From assembly GCA_964035545.1 (NCBI GenBank), contig OZ037771.1, positions 10,482,480 to 10,546,479 on the forward strand: 64,000 bases of DNA, in the 5' to 3' direction. The DNA is from Bugula neritina (lineage: Eukaryota > Animalia > Bryozoa). Positions within the stretch are counted from its first letter, which is position 1. Every line of letters starts with the position of its first letter. This document shows, one piece after another, positions 1 through 14,600 of the stretch. The position numbers were made by a program, and so were the translations under genes. Under the pieces are notes generated by a model. The model did not search any database, had not been told where the DNA came from, and saw only the letters and a program-made list of their open reading frames with translations.

Positions 1-523
1 GATATGGTTAATGTTAGCAGACGAGACATCAAATCTTTTTGAAAATTAGAGACCTCGGATTTTGCACTGTCTGTATCTCAATTTTCACAATACATTTGAG
101 ATATTTAGATAGCATAGCCTCTGCGTAGCCTTTCAGGAAATAGTGAGTTCTAGTAGATGGCGTCCTCTGCAAATATAGACAAAATATAGACTTTATAAAA
201 GTACAACTCCTCCTAATAAAACTGTAAATTATTGAAAATTCACAATTTGCTGTTATTACTTACTTTTGCATATTATATGACTAAATCTTGAGTTATGAAC
301 TTGCCTTATTACCGCAAATTGACTAGAAATAAACTATGAATTATTCTGTATCCAGTTGAAACATTAACCTAAATAAAGCATAAATTGCATTCAAGTGACA
401 AGAAAAATTAGCTCATGTTGGAAAAATTCAATTGGACATTAAACAGAAATCATTAAAAACGGCATATACATTTAATGAGTACGGCTACTAAAGACTAAGA
501 AGTAAATAATTATAACGACGTAC

Positions 524-1090
524 TTTAACTAAAAAGGCAAGATTGACCATGTTCACTCGGCGTTTGATGATAACTTCGCCAAGCAAATATTCTTGAAATG
601 TACCAGAGATAAATTTTCTAATGAATACGTCTTCAACAGCAACTTCTGAAGACCTTGGCAACCACTTCTTGTACTCTTTCTCTATGAAGAGAGCAGCTGT
701 AAATTAAATGTAAAGGTGTTACACTGCAGTACCATTCCTAACAACATACAATCCACCAAATTATTAATTGTGAAATAATAATTAATTATACTTGCAGATG
801 TTGTGGGATCTGAGATAAAAAAAATATTATGCATTAGTTACACTGGCAGCTATTGCAATGATTCATAATAGATTTCATAAACTAAAGCAGCACTAACATG
901 TATCTATAGAATTCCAGTATTTTGTGACGCCAATCCGACTAGGTTTCTGAGCCTGTTCATAGGTCAAGGGTTTGCTTCTGTTATTCGTTACTTTGGGTAC
1001 TCCAGTTCTGATATTTTTAAACATTAACGCTGATGAGTGTAAACCTCGACATCCACAAGGCAAGGTTGAAACTGAATATCTTGAGAGCAT
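524..1090 (-). CDS. MRPS24: Mitochondrial ribosomal protein S24 (uS3m), first two coding exons; 3' part lies beyond the left edge
   Basis: Exons 1090-898 and 696-524 join in frame across a GT..AG intron: ...KPLTYEQAQKPSRIGVTKYWNSIDT/SALFIEKEYKKWLPRSSEVAVEDVFIRKFISGTFQEYLLGEVIIKRRVNMV. This matches the MRPS24 motifs KP.TYE.A..P..I...K.W.S..T and EDVF.RKF..GTF........KRR.N. Confidence 0.9.
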
Positions 1091-1091
1091 T

Positions 1092-1165
1092 ACTAGATAG
1101 GGTTGCTAGATAGTGTTGCTAGATAGTGGTGCTAGATAGACTTGCTAGAAAGAGTTGCTATATAG
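1092..1165. repeat. Degenerate 14-bp tandem repeat (about 5 copies of ttgctagatagtg-like unit) in the MRPS24 5' UTR
   Basis: gctagatag recurs at 14-bp spacing directly upstream of the ATG; an in-frame TAG shows it is untranslated. Confidence 0.7.
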
Positions 1166-2779
1166 TTTTGCCAGATGGAACCTAAACAAACATAAAATAA
1201 TAGTGACATCCACAGTTGATGCTAATGGTTAAATTTTTACAATTGATTCTTTTTGAAAAGTAAATTCAGCACTGCTTCGGCCACATAAAGACTGTGTTTA
1301 ATTGATAGAGGACAATACCTTCTATTTATGAAATATCAACTTAAATTTACAGCTACAACTTAAATTTCGGTCATTCGCTTAAATTCGATGTAGGACTATG
1401 AGTAAGAATTAGTATAACTATTACTATATCATTTATTACAAATGAGTCATTTTACTTAATTTAGTACACACTGGATATCTTCAGTTTTTGGCTATTTTTC
1501 ACAATTTAGCTGGTAATGAACATGGTATTTTGGCCAAAACTAGTAAAACACCAATAAATACACCTGAATAATCAAAGTTCTTTTTAATTTTGCTTCATTT
1601 CCTATGTTTTTCCCAATTATTCAGCTAGTTTTGGTTACCGACCGTTACGGTTTTTTCGTAACGGTCCGCACATATAGAATATCAAGTGCATATGACAATG
1701 ACCTGTGCTTTAATGTTGGGGAATCCCCTTCCAGCCTTTTCTGTTATGCGTAGTTAAAACCAGCACATAAAAATAGCATGTATAGTAAATTTCAATTGAT
1801 TTTGAGCAAACTTTAATGTTAGGTCATAAGTTGCTGGTGTGTACTAAATGAAGTAAACTGACTCAAATACTATTACTGCATTAATTTTAGTATAAGTGGT
1901 ATTATCTCAGATTGGGTCAGGAGTTTAGTTCGCTTGCTACCGGAAAACCATGAAGACCAGTACTACCTGCATCAAGGGTCGGATTTTCAACGACTAAACT
2001 GGCACCCATCATCAATGTCGATGAGGAGGGTATAACTGGATACCCAGTAAGAACGAAATATAATATCTCCCAAAGGGTCGACTGACGCACCAGCTGGCTG
2101 TGATGCGGCCACATCCAGAGGCGTATATAAACAAACCTATCTCACGGCTAGCCACTGCAGCAATGCAAAGATGCCAGCTTGTTTTGACTTGTTCCTGCCT
2201 CTGGAATACATCTATGCTCTGCCGAGAGAACAACTTTAGTAATGCAAGTCAAATGTTGCAAAGAGTTCTATGAAAAATGGTTGTCATCAAGCCTCGAGCA
2301 TAAAACAGTCATTGTCGAATCGACTGACTGCAGAGAGAGTATTATGTCTATTAGTATCAGTAGGAGTATCAGTGTTGCTATCAGTAAAAATGTCAGCCTC
2401 AGCTAAGTTTTAGTGTGAATGCTAACAGTACGACACTATGAAAAATGATATACTTACAATTTAAATTACTGCAAGCTCTCATATTTTCAGACAACTGGAG
2501 ACAAAGCACCCACAGACTATAACTAACTTCACACCAAAACGCATGAGCACCGTGACACTCATACCTTAGTGACAGCAAGTAACTCACACTGCGAGTGTGA
2601 CTGTGAATGAATTACTCAAACTTATCATCACACTGGATCGCCTAAGACGGAAGAAAGGGTAGTATATTGGGCATCTATTGAACAATAGTCAAACAGTTAG
2701 TACTGGTTGGGCTGTATTGACTGAATAGGAACTTAATCCTGTCTATGTGGAGACTTCTGAGTTATTAAGTTGATTGTGG

Positions 2780-3900
2780 CTAATCTTCAGATCTCTTATA
2801 GTCCTTGAGATAAAACTGTCAATGTATTTGGCACTGTTAGCACCCACTGATCGAGGCTGTTCCTTTGCTTGGGAGCAAGTCTGTATGGCTTGTTTAGTAG
2901 GTCATCATAGGCAGAGCTGAGAACCAGATGTTGTTCTTCTTTTGCCAGAAGTTTCAGAAAGTGATTAATTTATCTGGTTTTTCTTCTTTGTTCAAGAGTC
3001 TGTAGGCAGAGTTTTTTTATGACGCCTTCGACATCTCTGCATCCTTTACTATTAGCTATGAATCATACAGCACCCAATTGTGATTTTTACAAGTCAGATA
3101 TATTCTTCTCGCAAATTGGGCCCCAAACTGCACTAGCATACTCAAGGTGAGGTAGACACAATGCTTTGTATGAAACCAATTGTGCTCATTAAAGGGCCTA
3201 GTGGTGAGTTCTTATAACTAGACCTAACTGTCTTCTAGCATCTAGTATTTTTTTATATATTTATATTGAACACGCAATATGACTGCAGTGTGACACCCAG
3301 GCACTTCGTAAAGTCTAGATAATCTAGCACTGATGTATTCAACATGTAATTTGGAGTATTGTCTACAGAGTTAAAGTTTATGATTCTCCCCTTACAAATG
3401 GTGAATGACATACCCCACTTCTTGAGAAAATCTAGATTTTGCTGGAACTTACTGCGATCACTCAATGAGGCCATCTCCTGAAGGTGTCATCAGTAAAAAA
3501 GGCACATGAGCAGTCAAGACAGTCAAGCAAGTCATGGATGAAAATGAAGAAGAGCATTGGTCCTAAAACCAACCCTTGTGGCACACCTGAGATAACTTGT
3601 AACTGTATTGGATCTGAGGCATAACCCTGCAACACCCCTCACTGTGTACGATCAGTTAGGAGACTTTTTATTTAGTGTAGTGTGTATTCACCCAAATCAG
3701 CAATTTCTGAAAGCTTTTTCAATAGAAATAGAAGAGCATGAGGCTCTTGATCAAATAGTTTAGTAAAGCTTGAAACAGCTGCATCAACAGTTTGGTGTGT
3801 ATCTGTAAAACATGAAGCATTTCTTCATCTTGTTAAGTTGCACAGGTTTGTCCCACAAGAGAACCTTTTTCTAAATTTGTGTTGCCTAACTTTTTGGCTT
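2780..3900 (-). mobile_element. Decayed non-LTR retrotransposon RT fragment (CR1/L2/Jockey-group-like)
   Basis: Minus-strand translation gives SGVPQGLVLGPMLFFIFIHDL (~3530-3592), KCLGVTLQS and RPHLEYASAVWGP, with stops and frameshifts. Boundaries are approximate. Confidence 0.75.
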
Positions 3901-5686
3901 AGGCCTTAGAGTCAATAACTAAATTACTATTAATATTAGCTAATTACTAATATTAATTAGTATATTAGTATCAATATATTTTTTGTTTTAAAAACATGCC
4001 GGGAGAGAGAGAGCTGGGATGCAATAAACAAATAAACTAGTATTATTCAAGTGGTTATCCAGTGGATTAATTCCTAATTCATTTTGTGTACGAAATGAAC
4101 AGCAATTCTTTTTACTTTACTAATACGAATAGTAATACTCATACTCTTTTACTCTATAACTATAACTTTATAATACTAATACTAATAGTATTAGTAATAC
4201 TGATACTTATACTTGTAGTTATACTCACTTATAGTTATACTGACTACTTATATTTATAGTATTAGACTTAGTAATACTAATAGTAATAGTAGGTACATCA
4301 AATGATAATTTTCAAGTAACGCTTTACAGTTTAATTTTAGGTTAGATCGGTAGACAAGAAAATTTGAGTGAACTTCAATGCACTTTCAACAGGCAAGATC
4401 AACTACAAGTGCAGATATTAGCTTGTAAATTTATGACGTTCAACCAGTTACCCGAGCAATTAAATCTTCACGCCATGAATGCTTTAGCGAACCCACTTAT
4501 TTTCATGCGTTTAGCAACAATAGCGTAATGGCTATCTCAAAAATCTACAAGTCTCAAGCATAGCCTTCCACTTAAATCATTATAACTAAATAGCTAAAGC
4601 ATAATATCATCATATTAATACTTCAATTAATAGAAAACCTTTAGAGATGGTTTTAAAATATATTCATTTTACATATCTGTCACAAATTATAACTTAAATT
4701 ATCGATTGAAAAACATGGATTTTTACTATATTTTAACACTCCTTACCACAAGGAGCAGAGGATTTGAAGGGGTTCGTGATCATAAAATCAGTTTAATATA
4801 AGGCTCTGCTACACAATGATATTTTCAAATTTTCTCTGCATGAACTATACTAAAAGTTATTAGCAAATCAAAAAGAGGTCTAAACAGGTTTTCTGTACTG
4901 AACGCTTTCCAGATTTTGCTCGGGCTATCGATGCCACTCGATTTTGCGAAAGTAGGCGGGGCTAAAGGATATTTGATTTACCTAGTAATAGTAATACTAA
5001 TACTAAGTCTAATACTAATACTAATAGTAATACTCAAATAGTAATACTAATAGAGTAATACTATTAATAATACTAATAGCATTGCTATTACTATTAGTAC
5101 TCCCAATACTAGTAATTAACTAATTTACTTTTAGTTTTAGGCTACTATGATTTTTACTTTAACTTTTTACGTTTTACTTTTACTTTTAGTATTTAGTAAT
5201 TTACATAAACTCTAAGTTAAACATTCAAATAATCATAATCATTAAGCTAAGAATAAAAAAGTCAGGTTATATTTATACATGAAACTGTAATTTTTTTAAA
5301 CAATGATATTAATGATTATAATAAATAATAATAATTATAATAAGTATTAAATAATTTCACATTCCCATTCTAATTATTTTACCAATTAAACGAATGTGAA
5401 ATTAGAAGAAAAAAAATTATACACGCTCGCTAAACTAAATATAACCGTTGAAACTTAAAGACTTGTTATAGAACGCCGGCTACAGTTTCCAATTTCAATA
5501 ATTTTGGAGTTGCCTACTGAAGTGATACAACGTACTGGCATTTAAAGAATGGTGATCCTGTTTCACATGTAATAGCAAGAGAAGACAACTAGAACCATGT
5601 TCAAATTCTAATAAAACATTGCTTCACCATTTCAGAATCTTTTGCAAAAATTATTGCTTTTAGCTCTAACAGTTTAAAATCTGTCT

Positions 5687-5874
5687 AAGCAAAAAGCACT
5701 TAGTGAGCTCTTCACTGATACAAATTGCTGACAAGTGACAATGCTAATCGTGCAAAAGGCTCCAATTCTATAATATTATCATGTAGTCTCATGCACATAA
5801 TAGCCTACTATTATTATAAGCATTGTCAACAACTTGTATTAGTCAGTAAAGAGCTCACTAAGTGCTTTTTGCTT
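5687..5874. mobile_element. Small MITE-like element (~190 bp) with terminal inverted repeats
   Basis: aagcaaaaagcacttagtgagctcttcactga (from 5687) is the reverse complement of tcagtaaagagctcactaagtgctttttgctt (to 5874) at 31/32 positions, with weaker similarity further inward. Confidence 0.7.
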
Positions 5875-8625
5875 GGAGATATTTTATAGTAATTCTAGAT
5901 GCCCTCACAGAAATACAGTGTAGGTGTGGTGGGCTGCATGAAGGCAATACGTATATAAGACAGTATGTGTGTAAGAGAAGATGTTAATGATATAGAGAAC
6001 ATATTAAGAGAAATAGGGTGAAGTTCTAAGTATATAGGAATGCTTATTAAAATGTGTTGAGGTGTGCTAGTGACTGCTAGGCTAAAATCCTAGACTGCGG
6101 AGCACTACCAGACGAATACCCTAACCGGAGACCTAGCTTTCCCATATGCAGATTGACAGGAACTTCACCACCAAGCCAAACAACCCATACCAGTACACTA
6201 ACCTCCCCCCCCCCATTCGAGCAAGTTAACTTGAAGGCTACAACACAATATATTTCAGTGACTTCACAAAAACTCTAAAACAGCAAATTCCGTTGTAGCA
6301 GCAACAATTGGCCTTTGTGATAGTGACGCTTTGATAGTTTCATGTTTATGGTTGAAAAAATGTTTATGTTATTCATAAAACATACTAATAATATGATCCC
6401 TTAGCAGCAATATTAGCTATCTTGTTATGATTAATGAAGCCTATCTTTTTTTACAACTTATCAAGCAATGCATTGAATTTTCTCAAATATTAGTAAATGC
6501 AACAGGCAGCTCAAGAATAGCATGCAAACATATTCATAGCCAACGATTAAATAGTTTATAACTTAAAGCTATATAAATTAGCCTAATTAAAATATTATAT
6601 CTAATAATATATAATGATGGATTGTTTGGACTAAATAAACTATAAGGTCTGATATGTTTTATAACAAGAAAAATGGGATTTCTACTTAACCGCTTCGGTT
6701 TTTTTACTTATTAAACTTGTAGTAAATGTGTAAATAAGCAATTTTGTTTATTTTAATATATTAGATTATAATTAATTATTTCAGGATTATATAAAAAGAT
6801 AGCATGTCAAAGTACACAACATTACAACTTATAGGCTAGCACATATAAAACTTCTGCAGCATGAGAAGTACAGTATGTATAAACTGTGCAACTCAGTCAG
6901 AAGTGGCATAATTCCTTCACAAAAATAACTCTATGCCAAATATGCTAGAGCTAGAATATAGCAAATAAATTTTTGTATGTGTGTTAATTAGCATGGGCAT
7001 ATTATTGTTGCGCTAGTGTATAGATACATTTTGCAAATTATTCTAATAAATGGACAGTAACCATAAATGAATTACCGTGAAAGTTTTTTATTTAAATAAT
7101 TATGACTGGTGATAACTGTGAATATCAGTACTAAGATAAAATAGTTGCAAACTTTTAATTAAGTTGCTAGTTATGTCCAAGTTCTGCTTTATGAGCTGGT
7201 ACTACTGTAAGACATGAAAACAAAATCATTGCTTCATTGGCCTCATGTTGGTAATGCATTCAAACCTTTGTTGGTAGATGCTAGGACCACTGAAATGAAA
7301 TATTACGGTGTGGGGGCAACTTTATAAAATTTAGCTTGAACTAGGGACTACTGCATCAATGTTCATCAAATTTCCATATTCCTAGGATTCATTACACAAT
7401 GAAGTCCCAATAATTACTGCAGCATGTTTTTAGTGTGTAGGTATATAAATAAGGCAATAAAATTGGTGGGATTTTCATACAAGTGTGCAAAATAACTTTA
7501 TTTGTTTTGCTTTTGAGAGCCATCTGGGGGGCCTACTTGTTGGACAGTCCTGTGCTAGGAAATAACATCAAGCAACTTCAAATTCAGTTGAGATTGCTAG
7601 TGTAAGCAATTCTTTGTTATTAGATATATTTTACTGTAGCGTTGGAAGTTTCAAAGAGTCACACCCCAAAGAGAAAGACTTCCAATTCATGTACCACTCT
7701 TTGAAAGATCTGTATTATACCACATCTAGTATGAGCAGGTGAAGAGGTCTTGCCGGTGCACCAGGGAAACTTGAGGATTCTAAATACTATAAACAGTATT
7801 TAGTATATACGTTCAGAGTTTTCTTCTTTCAGCAGGCAGTTTGACTAGTCTAGTGGCAATATCTGTGATTACACAATACATTGCTATATATTATAACTAA
7901 GTGTTTTTTCATGATGTACTATTGCTATATATGTTATTGACAAAGTATAAGATTGCTTGGTAACAACTTTTTACCATTTCTTAAACATTTTTCATAAATT
8001 TGCTGAAAGTAAGTTTTCCTGTAAAACTTATACAAAACCCTAAATTGAAGAAACTTCAACACATCATATATCTAAATAAAGGTTCTGTATTCAGATGGTT
8101 TGTGTAAAGGAACTGTATGTTTATTGTAAACATTAAAAACTGTATAAAATGTGCAACAATATATCTAAAAATAAAGTTAAAGAGATTGTGACTCTACAGG
8201 ACTTGAAAAAGAATACATTATACAGAAGTATCTAAATACAATATTTACAAATGTATGAGAAATAACTATATACAGAAGCAGCCAGATACAATATTTGCAC
8301 ATGTATAAAGTATGTGGCAAACTAAACTTATTTCTTCTACAGGAAGATAGAGTATTAACAGTAAATTGACATAATAAAATGTTAGCTTAACATGTTTATT
8401 AACTGCACAAATTTAACAACTTACATAGATAGCTTTCATTAAAATTATAGGCCCCTTACCGTGTAAAAAGTTAGCACTTGAAAGGATGTATTCTAATGGA
8501 CCTTATTAAGTGGAAGGTATTTTACACTAAAGTAAATGATTAAATCTTGGCATTAATATCAGCTGGTATTAAGTATCTTTCATGTTACAGCCAAAATGGA
8601 GATCGTGAATGTTAAGCAAAATTCC

Positions 8626-11600
8626 TCAAGTTTGGTACAAAAAGTTTACATCACCGGTTTTAGACATTCTGTGATAATCAGCGAGTAGATTAGGCGACTG
8701 ACAGCTACAGACTACAGCAACCATGGATTCAACAACAGTTTTGACATCAGACATGGGGGACAACTCCAATTCTTCAAACTTTCTTTTTTGAGGTCTTAAT
8801 GAAGAAACAGAATCTTTTGGAAACAATATATAACTTTTGTCTTTCCCAACCTTTGAACTGTTGGCACATTTATTCTCCACACATTCTTCAGATTCACTAA
8901 ATAATGAAAACACTTTTCATTTTAATGGTTATTATCACACCTACAACTACAACAAAATTATCTGGCATATGCCAGCCTTTTAAACTTTTAGAAGAACACA
9001 ACAAAATTCGAATATATTTAAATAATGAGCTTGGAAACTTTCAGCAAATAGCTACAGCTATGAGCAGACAGCTACAGCTACGAGCAGACAGCTACAGCTA
9101 CGAGCAGACAGCTACAGCTACAGCTATGAGCAGACAGCTACAGCTACAGCTATGAGCAGACAGCTACAGCTACAGCTATGAGCAGACAGCTACAGCTACG
9201 AGCAGACAGCTATGAGCAGACAGCTACAGCTATGAGCAGACAGCTACAGCTACAGCTACGAGCAGACAGCTACAGCTACGAGCAGACAGCTACAGCTACG
9301 AGCAGACAGCTACAGCTACGAGCAGACAGCTACAGCTACGAGCAGACAGCTACAGCTACGAGCAGAGAACAAGTTGTGTAAATATGCATCACATGCTTTA
9401 GTGATCAGCAAACAAAAATTAAAATTCACTAAAAACCTAACTAAAATTATCTACAGCTAATTTCTTATGTATTCAGTATCCTAAGAAGTTTGTTATACAC
9501 TTCAAATATAATTGCAGCATTTGCTTCTGAATTATATCTAACTATATCTAACTAAATGTAGAGTTTTCACAGTAGTTTTACTTTAAATATAATATTAGGT
9601 ACACAATGTATATTTCTCAACAAAAGAAATTAACAAACCTTTTGGTTGCAACGTGTTGAAAATTTTTAAATATGCGAAATGTCCACTCAGCTGGGTAGCT
9701 GGTTTGGGCTGGTTTCAATGTCAATACATGGGCAACACCTTTACCCGAGCACTGCCACAATGGAACAGCTATCTGCCGCACATTCATAAGTTGAATTTTT
9801 AAAATTTGAGGAGACGCATCTGTACAGCTGCTACTATGGACTTGCTTCAACAACTTTGAAAAATCAACTGGCGTGTAACCGTGAGATACAGATGGTGCAG
9901 TGTCGTCACTTTGAGAGTGATTGGTTACGTGGGTAGGCTTCAAGATACTTATGCCTGGCGGGAAACGTACATGCTTGATCTGATTATCTATTATCACAGG
10001 TTGTTCAGGAGTCTTTCTAACAAAGACTAGCTTGAGAGATGTGGGTCTGGTGCTAGGGCAGGTTTGGACTTGTGTGATTGGAGCTTCTTTGGCAACTTGA
10101 TCAGCTGTTCCAGCTAAACCACCTAGACTTTTAGAGGTCATCGTTGCCATGGTTACAGCAGGCAACCGGTACGAAGACCGATTCACTAAATGCTTCACCT
10201 CAAGGAAAAGCTCTCCATCAATGAATGAAGCACTTTGAATCTCGGAAACCAGGAGTGATTGTAAGAAAACATGGCCAATATTTTGGTGTATTGAAAACTG
10301 TTCATGCAAACTTGTCAGGGCATCTCTTCTATCTGAAGCTGAGAGCTCAAAATGGCGCGTTAGGGCGGACAATAACAGCAGCAGAGTATTGGAAAAGGGC
10401 TGGTACTTTGTGAAGGGTGCATATTGTGCTTGAAAGTACTTATCATTGGCGTGTATTTTCTGAATGCAGCATACTATGCTTGAGAAGTGCTGAGATTTGC
10501 TATCAGTTTTACTGGTCACCAAGTTGTGATGGTATGAACAGTAATCATAGTCCTTCTCGTAACAACATGAGTAACTCCAATGTTGACGCAGAACTCTTTG
10601 GGCATTTCGTACCACATGGGAAGGAAAGTCATGGGATGCTATAAAAATAATTAAAGGCCAATTTAATCAATTATTAGGAGAATAAAGAATGAAAGAGAAT
10701 GGTAAGCAGATGAAGATTCAAACAATGTCCTTGAGTACACTATTTGCCAAAATATGTTTGCTGAAGCTAAAATTCCAGTCATAAAATTTCTAACCAAAAT
10801 TAGTTTGCTAAAGAACAGTCCATTTAACTTTGAGTTCAAGCAACCATCAGTCGGTTTACTTCTGGTGACGTGGCATTGGTTGGTTGGACTGATAAGTCAT
10901 GGACAAGTTTTACCAGACTTTTAATTCTGAAATAAATAATAAATAAAGAATTACCAAGCAGTTTACGGAGTTTTTCTCTCAGTAAGCACCTTCTATACAG
11001 CTCAGCCACGTGGGTTTTTACTAGATGATTTTGTAGAAGCCTCAAACAGCTAATAAGGTCGGGAGCCTGAAAAATAACACAATAAAAAAAGACATCATAA
11101 GGTAAAACATTATAAGGTGAATAAAAACTGTACATACATTCATGGAAGCAGTAAAACTACTAAAGGGAGTTCAAATACTTTAACTCGAGCACATATAGGT
11201 GTTATTTCATGCCGCCTTCATATCAGTAAATTAAATCATATGTGGAGTATTAAATATTATAACACTATATTCTACATTTCATGCAAGAGCAATTTTACAC
11301 CACAGGATTGTAAACATAAGTAAGTAGTAGAAGCAAGGTAATAACACAAGAATTACATCTGATCTACAGGAAACAGGTCTGATTGCAAACCTCAAGTCCT
11401 GCTTATTTTGTAGAACACATCGAAACTCAATTTCTTGTATATAAATCCTCAAATGGTCAAAAGACTATCAAGGGATGTTTTTCTACTACAAATGTTGGCC
11501 AAACCTGTTCTCACACTGATACGTATGTTGAGTGATACTAGAGCAGGAATGCGGATACACCCATTTATGGGGAAAAGGAGAAAAGACACCACATTACATC

Positions 11601-14600
11601 ATTACTTGCTTACTATTACGTAACTTACTTGCTTACTATTGCATCATTACTTGCTTACTATTGCATCATCACTTGCTTACTATTGCATCATTACTTGCTT
11701 ACTATTAAATCATTACTTGCTTACTATTGAGTCATTACTTGCTTACTATTACATCATTACTTGCTTACTATTACATCATTACTTGCTTACTATTGAGTCA
11801 TTACTTGCTTACTATTACATCATTACTTGCTTACTATTGAGTCATTACTTGCTTACTATTACATCATTACTTGCTTACTATTACATCATTACTTGCTTAC
11901 TAGTGAGTCATTACTTGCTTACTAGTGAGTCATTACTTGCTTACTATTGCATCATTACTTGCTTACTAGTGAGTCATTACTTGCTTACTATTGAGTCATT
12001 ACTTGCTTACTATTACATCATTACTTGCTTACTATTGAGTCATTACTTGCTTACTATTGAGTCATTACTTGCTTACTATTGAGTCATTACTTGCTTACTA
12101 TTGCATCATTACTTGCTTACTATTGTGTCATTACTTGCTTACTATTACATCATTACTTGCTTACTATTGAGTCATTACTTGCTTACTATTACATCATTAC
12201 TTGCTTACTATTACATCATTACTTGCTTACTATTGAGTCATTACTTGCTTACTATTGAGTCATTACTTGCTTACTAGTGAGTCATTACTTGCTTACTATT
12301 GAGTCATTACTTGCTTACTATTGAGTCATTACTTGCTTACTAGTGAGTCATTACTTGCTTACTATTGAGTCATTACTTGCTTACTATTGAGTCATTACTT
12401 GCTTACTATTGAGTCATTACTTGCTTACTATTACATCATTACTTGCTTACTATTACATCATTACTTGCTTACTATTGAGTCATTACTTGCTTACTATTAC
12501 ATCATTACTTGCTTACTATTACATTATTACTTGCTTACTATTACATCATTACTTGCTTACTATTACATCATTACTTGCTTACTATTGAGTCATTACTTGC
12601 TTACTATTAAATCATTACTTGCTTACTATTACATCATTACTTGCTTACTATTACATCATTACTTGCTTACTAGTGAGTCATTACTTGCTTACTAGTGAGT
12701 CATTACTTGCTTACTATTGCATCATTACTTGCTTACTAGTGAGTCATTACTTGCTTACTATTGAGTCATTACTTGCTTACTATTACATCATTACTTGCTT
12801 ACTATTGAGTCATTACTTGCTTACTATTGAGTCATTACTTGCTTACTATTGAGTCATTACTTGCTTACTATTGCATCATTACTTGCTTACTATTGTGTCA
12901 TTACTTGCTTACTATTACATCATTACTTGCTTACTATTGAGTCATTACTTGCTTACTATTACATCATTACTTGCTTACTATTGAGTCATTACTTGCTTAC
13001 TATTACATCATTACTTGCTTACTATTACATCATTACTTGCTTACTATTACATCATTACTTGCTTACTATTACATCATTACTTGCTTACTATTGAGTCATT
13101 ACTTGCTTACTATTAAATCATTACTTGCTTACTATTACATCATTACTTGCTTACTATTACATCATTACTTGCTTACTATTGAGTCATTACTTGCTTACTA
13201 TTGAGTCATTACTTGCTTACTATTGAGTCATTACTTGCTTACTATTGAGTCATTACTTGCTTACTATTGAGTCATTACTTGCTTACTATTGAGTCATTAC
13301 TTGCTTACTATTACATCATTACTTGCTTACTATTGAGTCATTACTTGCTTACTATTACATCATTACTTGCTTACTATTACATCATTACTTGCTTACTAGT
13401 GAGTCATTACTTGCTTATTATTGAGTCATTACTTGCTTACTATTACATCATTACTTGCTTACTATTGAGTCATTACTTGCTTACTATTACATCATTACTT
13501 GCTTACTATTGAGTCATTACTTGCTTACTATTAAATCATTACTTGCTTACTATTACATCATTATTTGCTTACTATTGAGTCATTACTTGCTTACTATTAA
13601 ATCATAACTTGCTTACTATTACATCATTACTTGCTTACTATTACATCATTACTTGCTTACTATTACATCATTATTTGCTTACTATTGAGTCATTACTTGC
13701 TTACTATTGAGTCATTACTTGCTTACTATTGAGTCATTACTTGCTTACTAGTGAGTCATTACTTGCTTACTATTGAGTCATTACTTGCTTACTAGTGAGT
13801 CATTACTTGCTTACTATTGAGTCATTACTTGCTTACTATTACGTCATTACTTGCTTACTATTACGTCATCACTTGCTTACTATTGAGTCATTACTTGCTT
13901 ACTATTGAGTCATTACTTGCTTACTATTGAGTCATTACTTGCTTACTATTGAGTCATTACTTGCTTACTATTACATCATTACTTGCTTACTAGTGAGTCA
14001 TTACTTGCTTACTATTGAGTCATTACTTGCTTACTATTGAGTCATTACTTGCTTACTATTACATCATTACTTGCTTACTATTACATCATTACTTGCTTAC
14101 TATTACATCATTACTTGCTTACTATTACATCATTACTTGCTTACTATTGAGTCATTACTTGCTTACTATTAAATCATTACTTGCTTACTATTACATCATT
14201 ACTTGCTTACTATTACATCATTACTTGCTTACTATTGAGTCATTACTTGCTTACTATTGAGTCATTACTTGCTTACTATTACGTCATTACTTGCTTACTA
14301 TTGAGTCATTACTTGCTTACTATTACATCATTACTTGCTTACTATTAAATCATTACTTGCTTACTAGTGAGTCATTACTTGCTTACTATTGAGTCATTAC
14401 TTGCTTACTATTGAGTCATTACTTGCTTACTATTGAGTCATTACTTGCTTACTATTGAGTCATTACTTGCTTACTATTACATCATTACTTGCTTACTATT
14501 GAGTCATTACTTGCTTACTATTAAATCATTACTTGCTTACTATTACATCATTACTTGCTTACTATTACATCATTACTTGCTTACTATTGAGTCATTACTT

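Noticed and set aside
1910-2260. GC-richer block that might be an ncRNA or retroelement UTR
   Set aside because: No recognisable motif, convincing fold or coding similarity by eye, so left unannotated.
4336-4985. Possible DNA transposon with taggttagatc / gatttaccta ends
   Set aside because: The terminal match is too short and imperfect, with no clear target duplication.
8904-9381. ORFs with SRQLQLRADSYSYEQTATA repeats
   Set aside because: They come from the intronic minisatellite, with no independent coding evidence.
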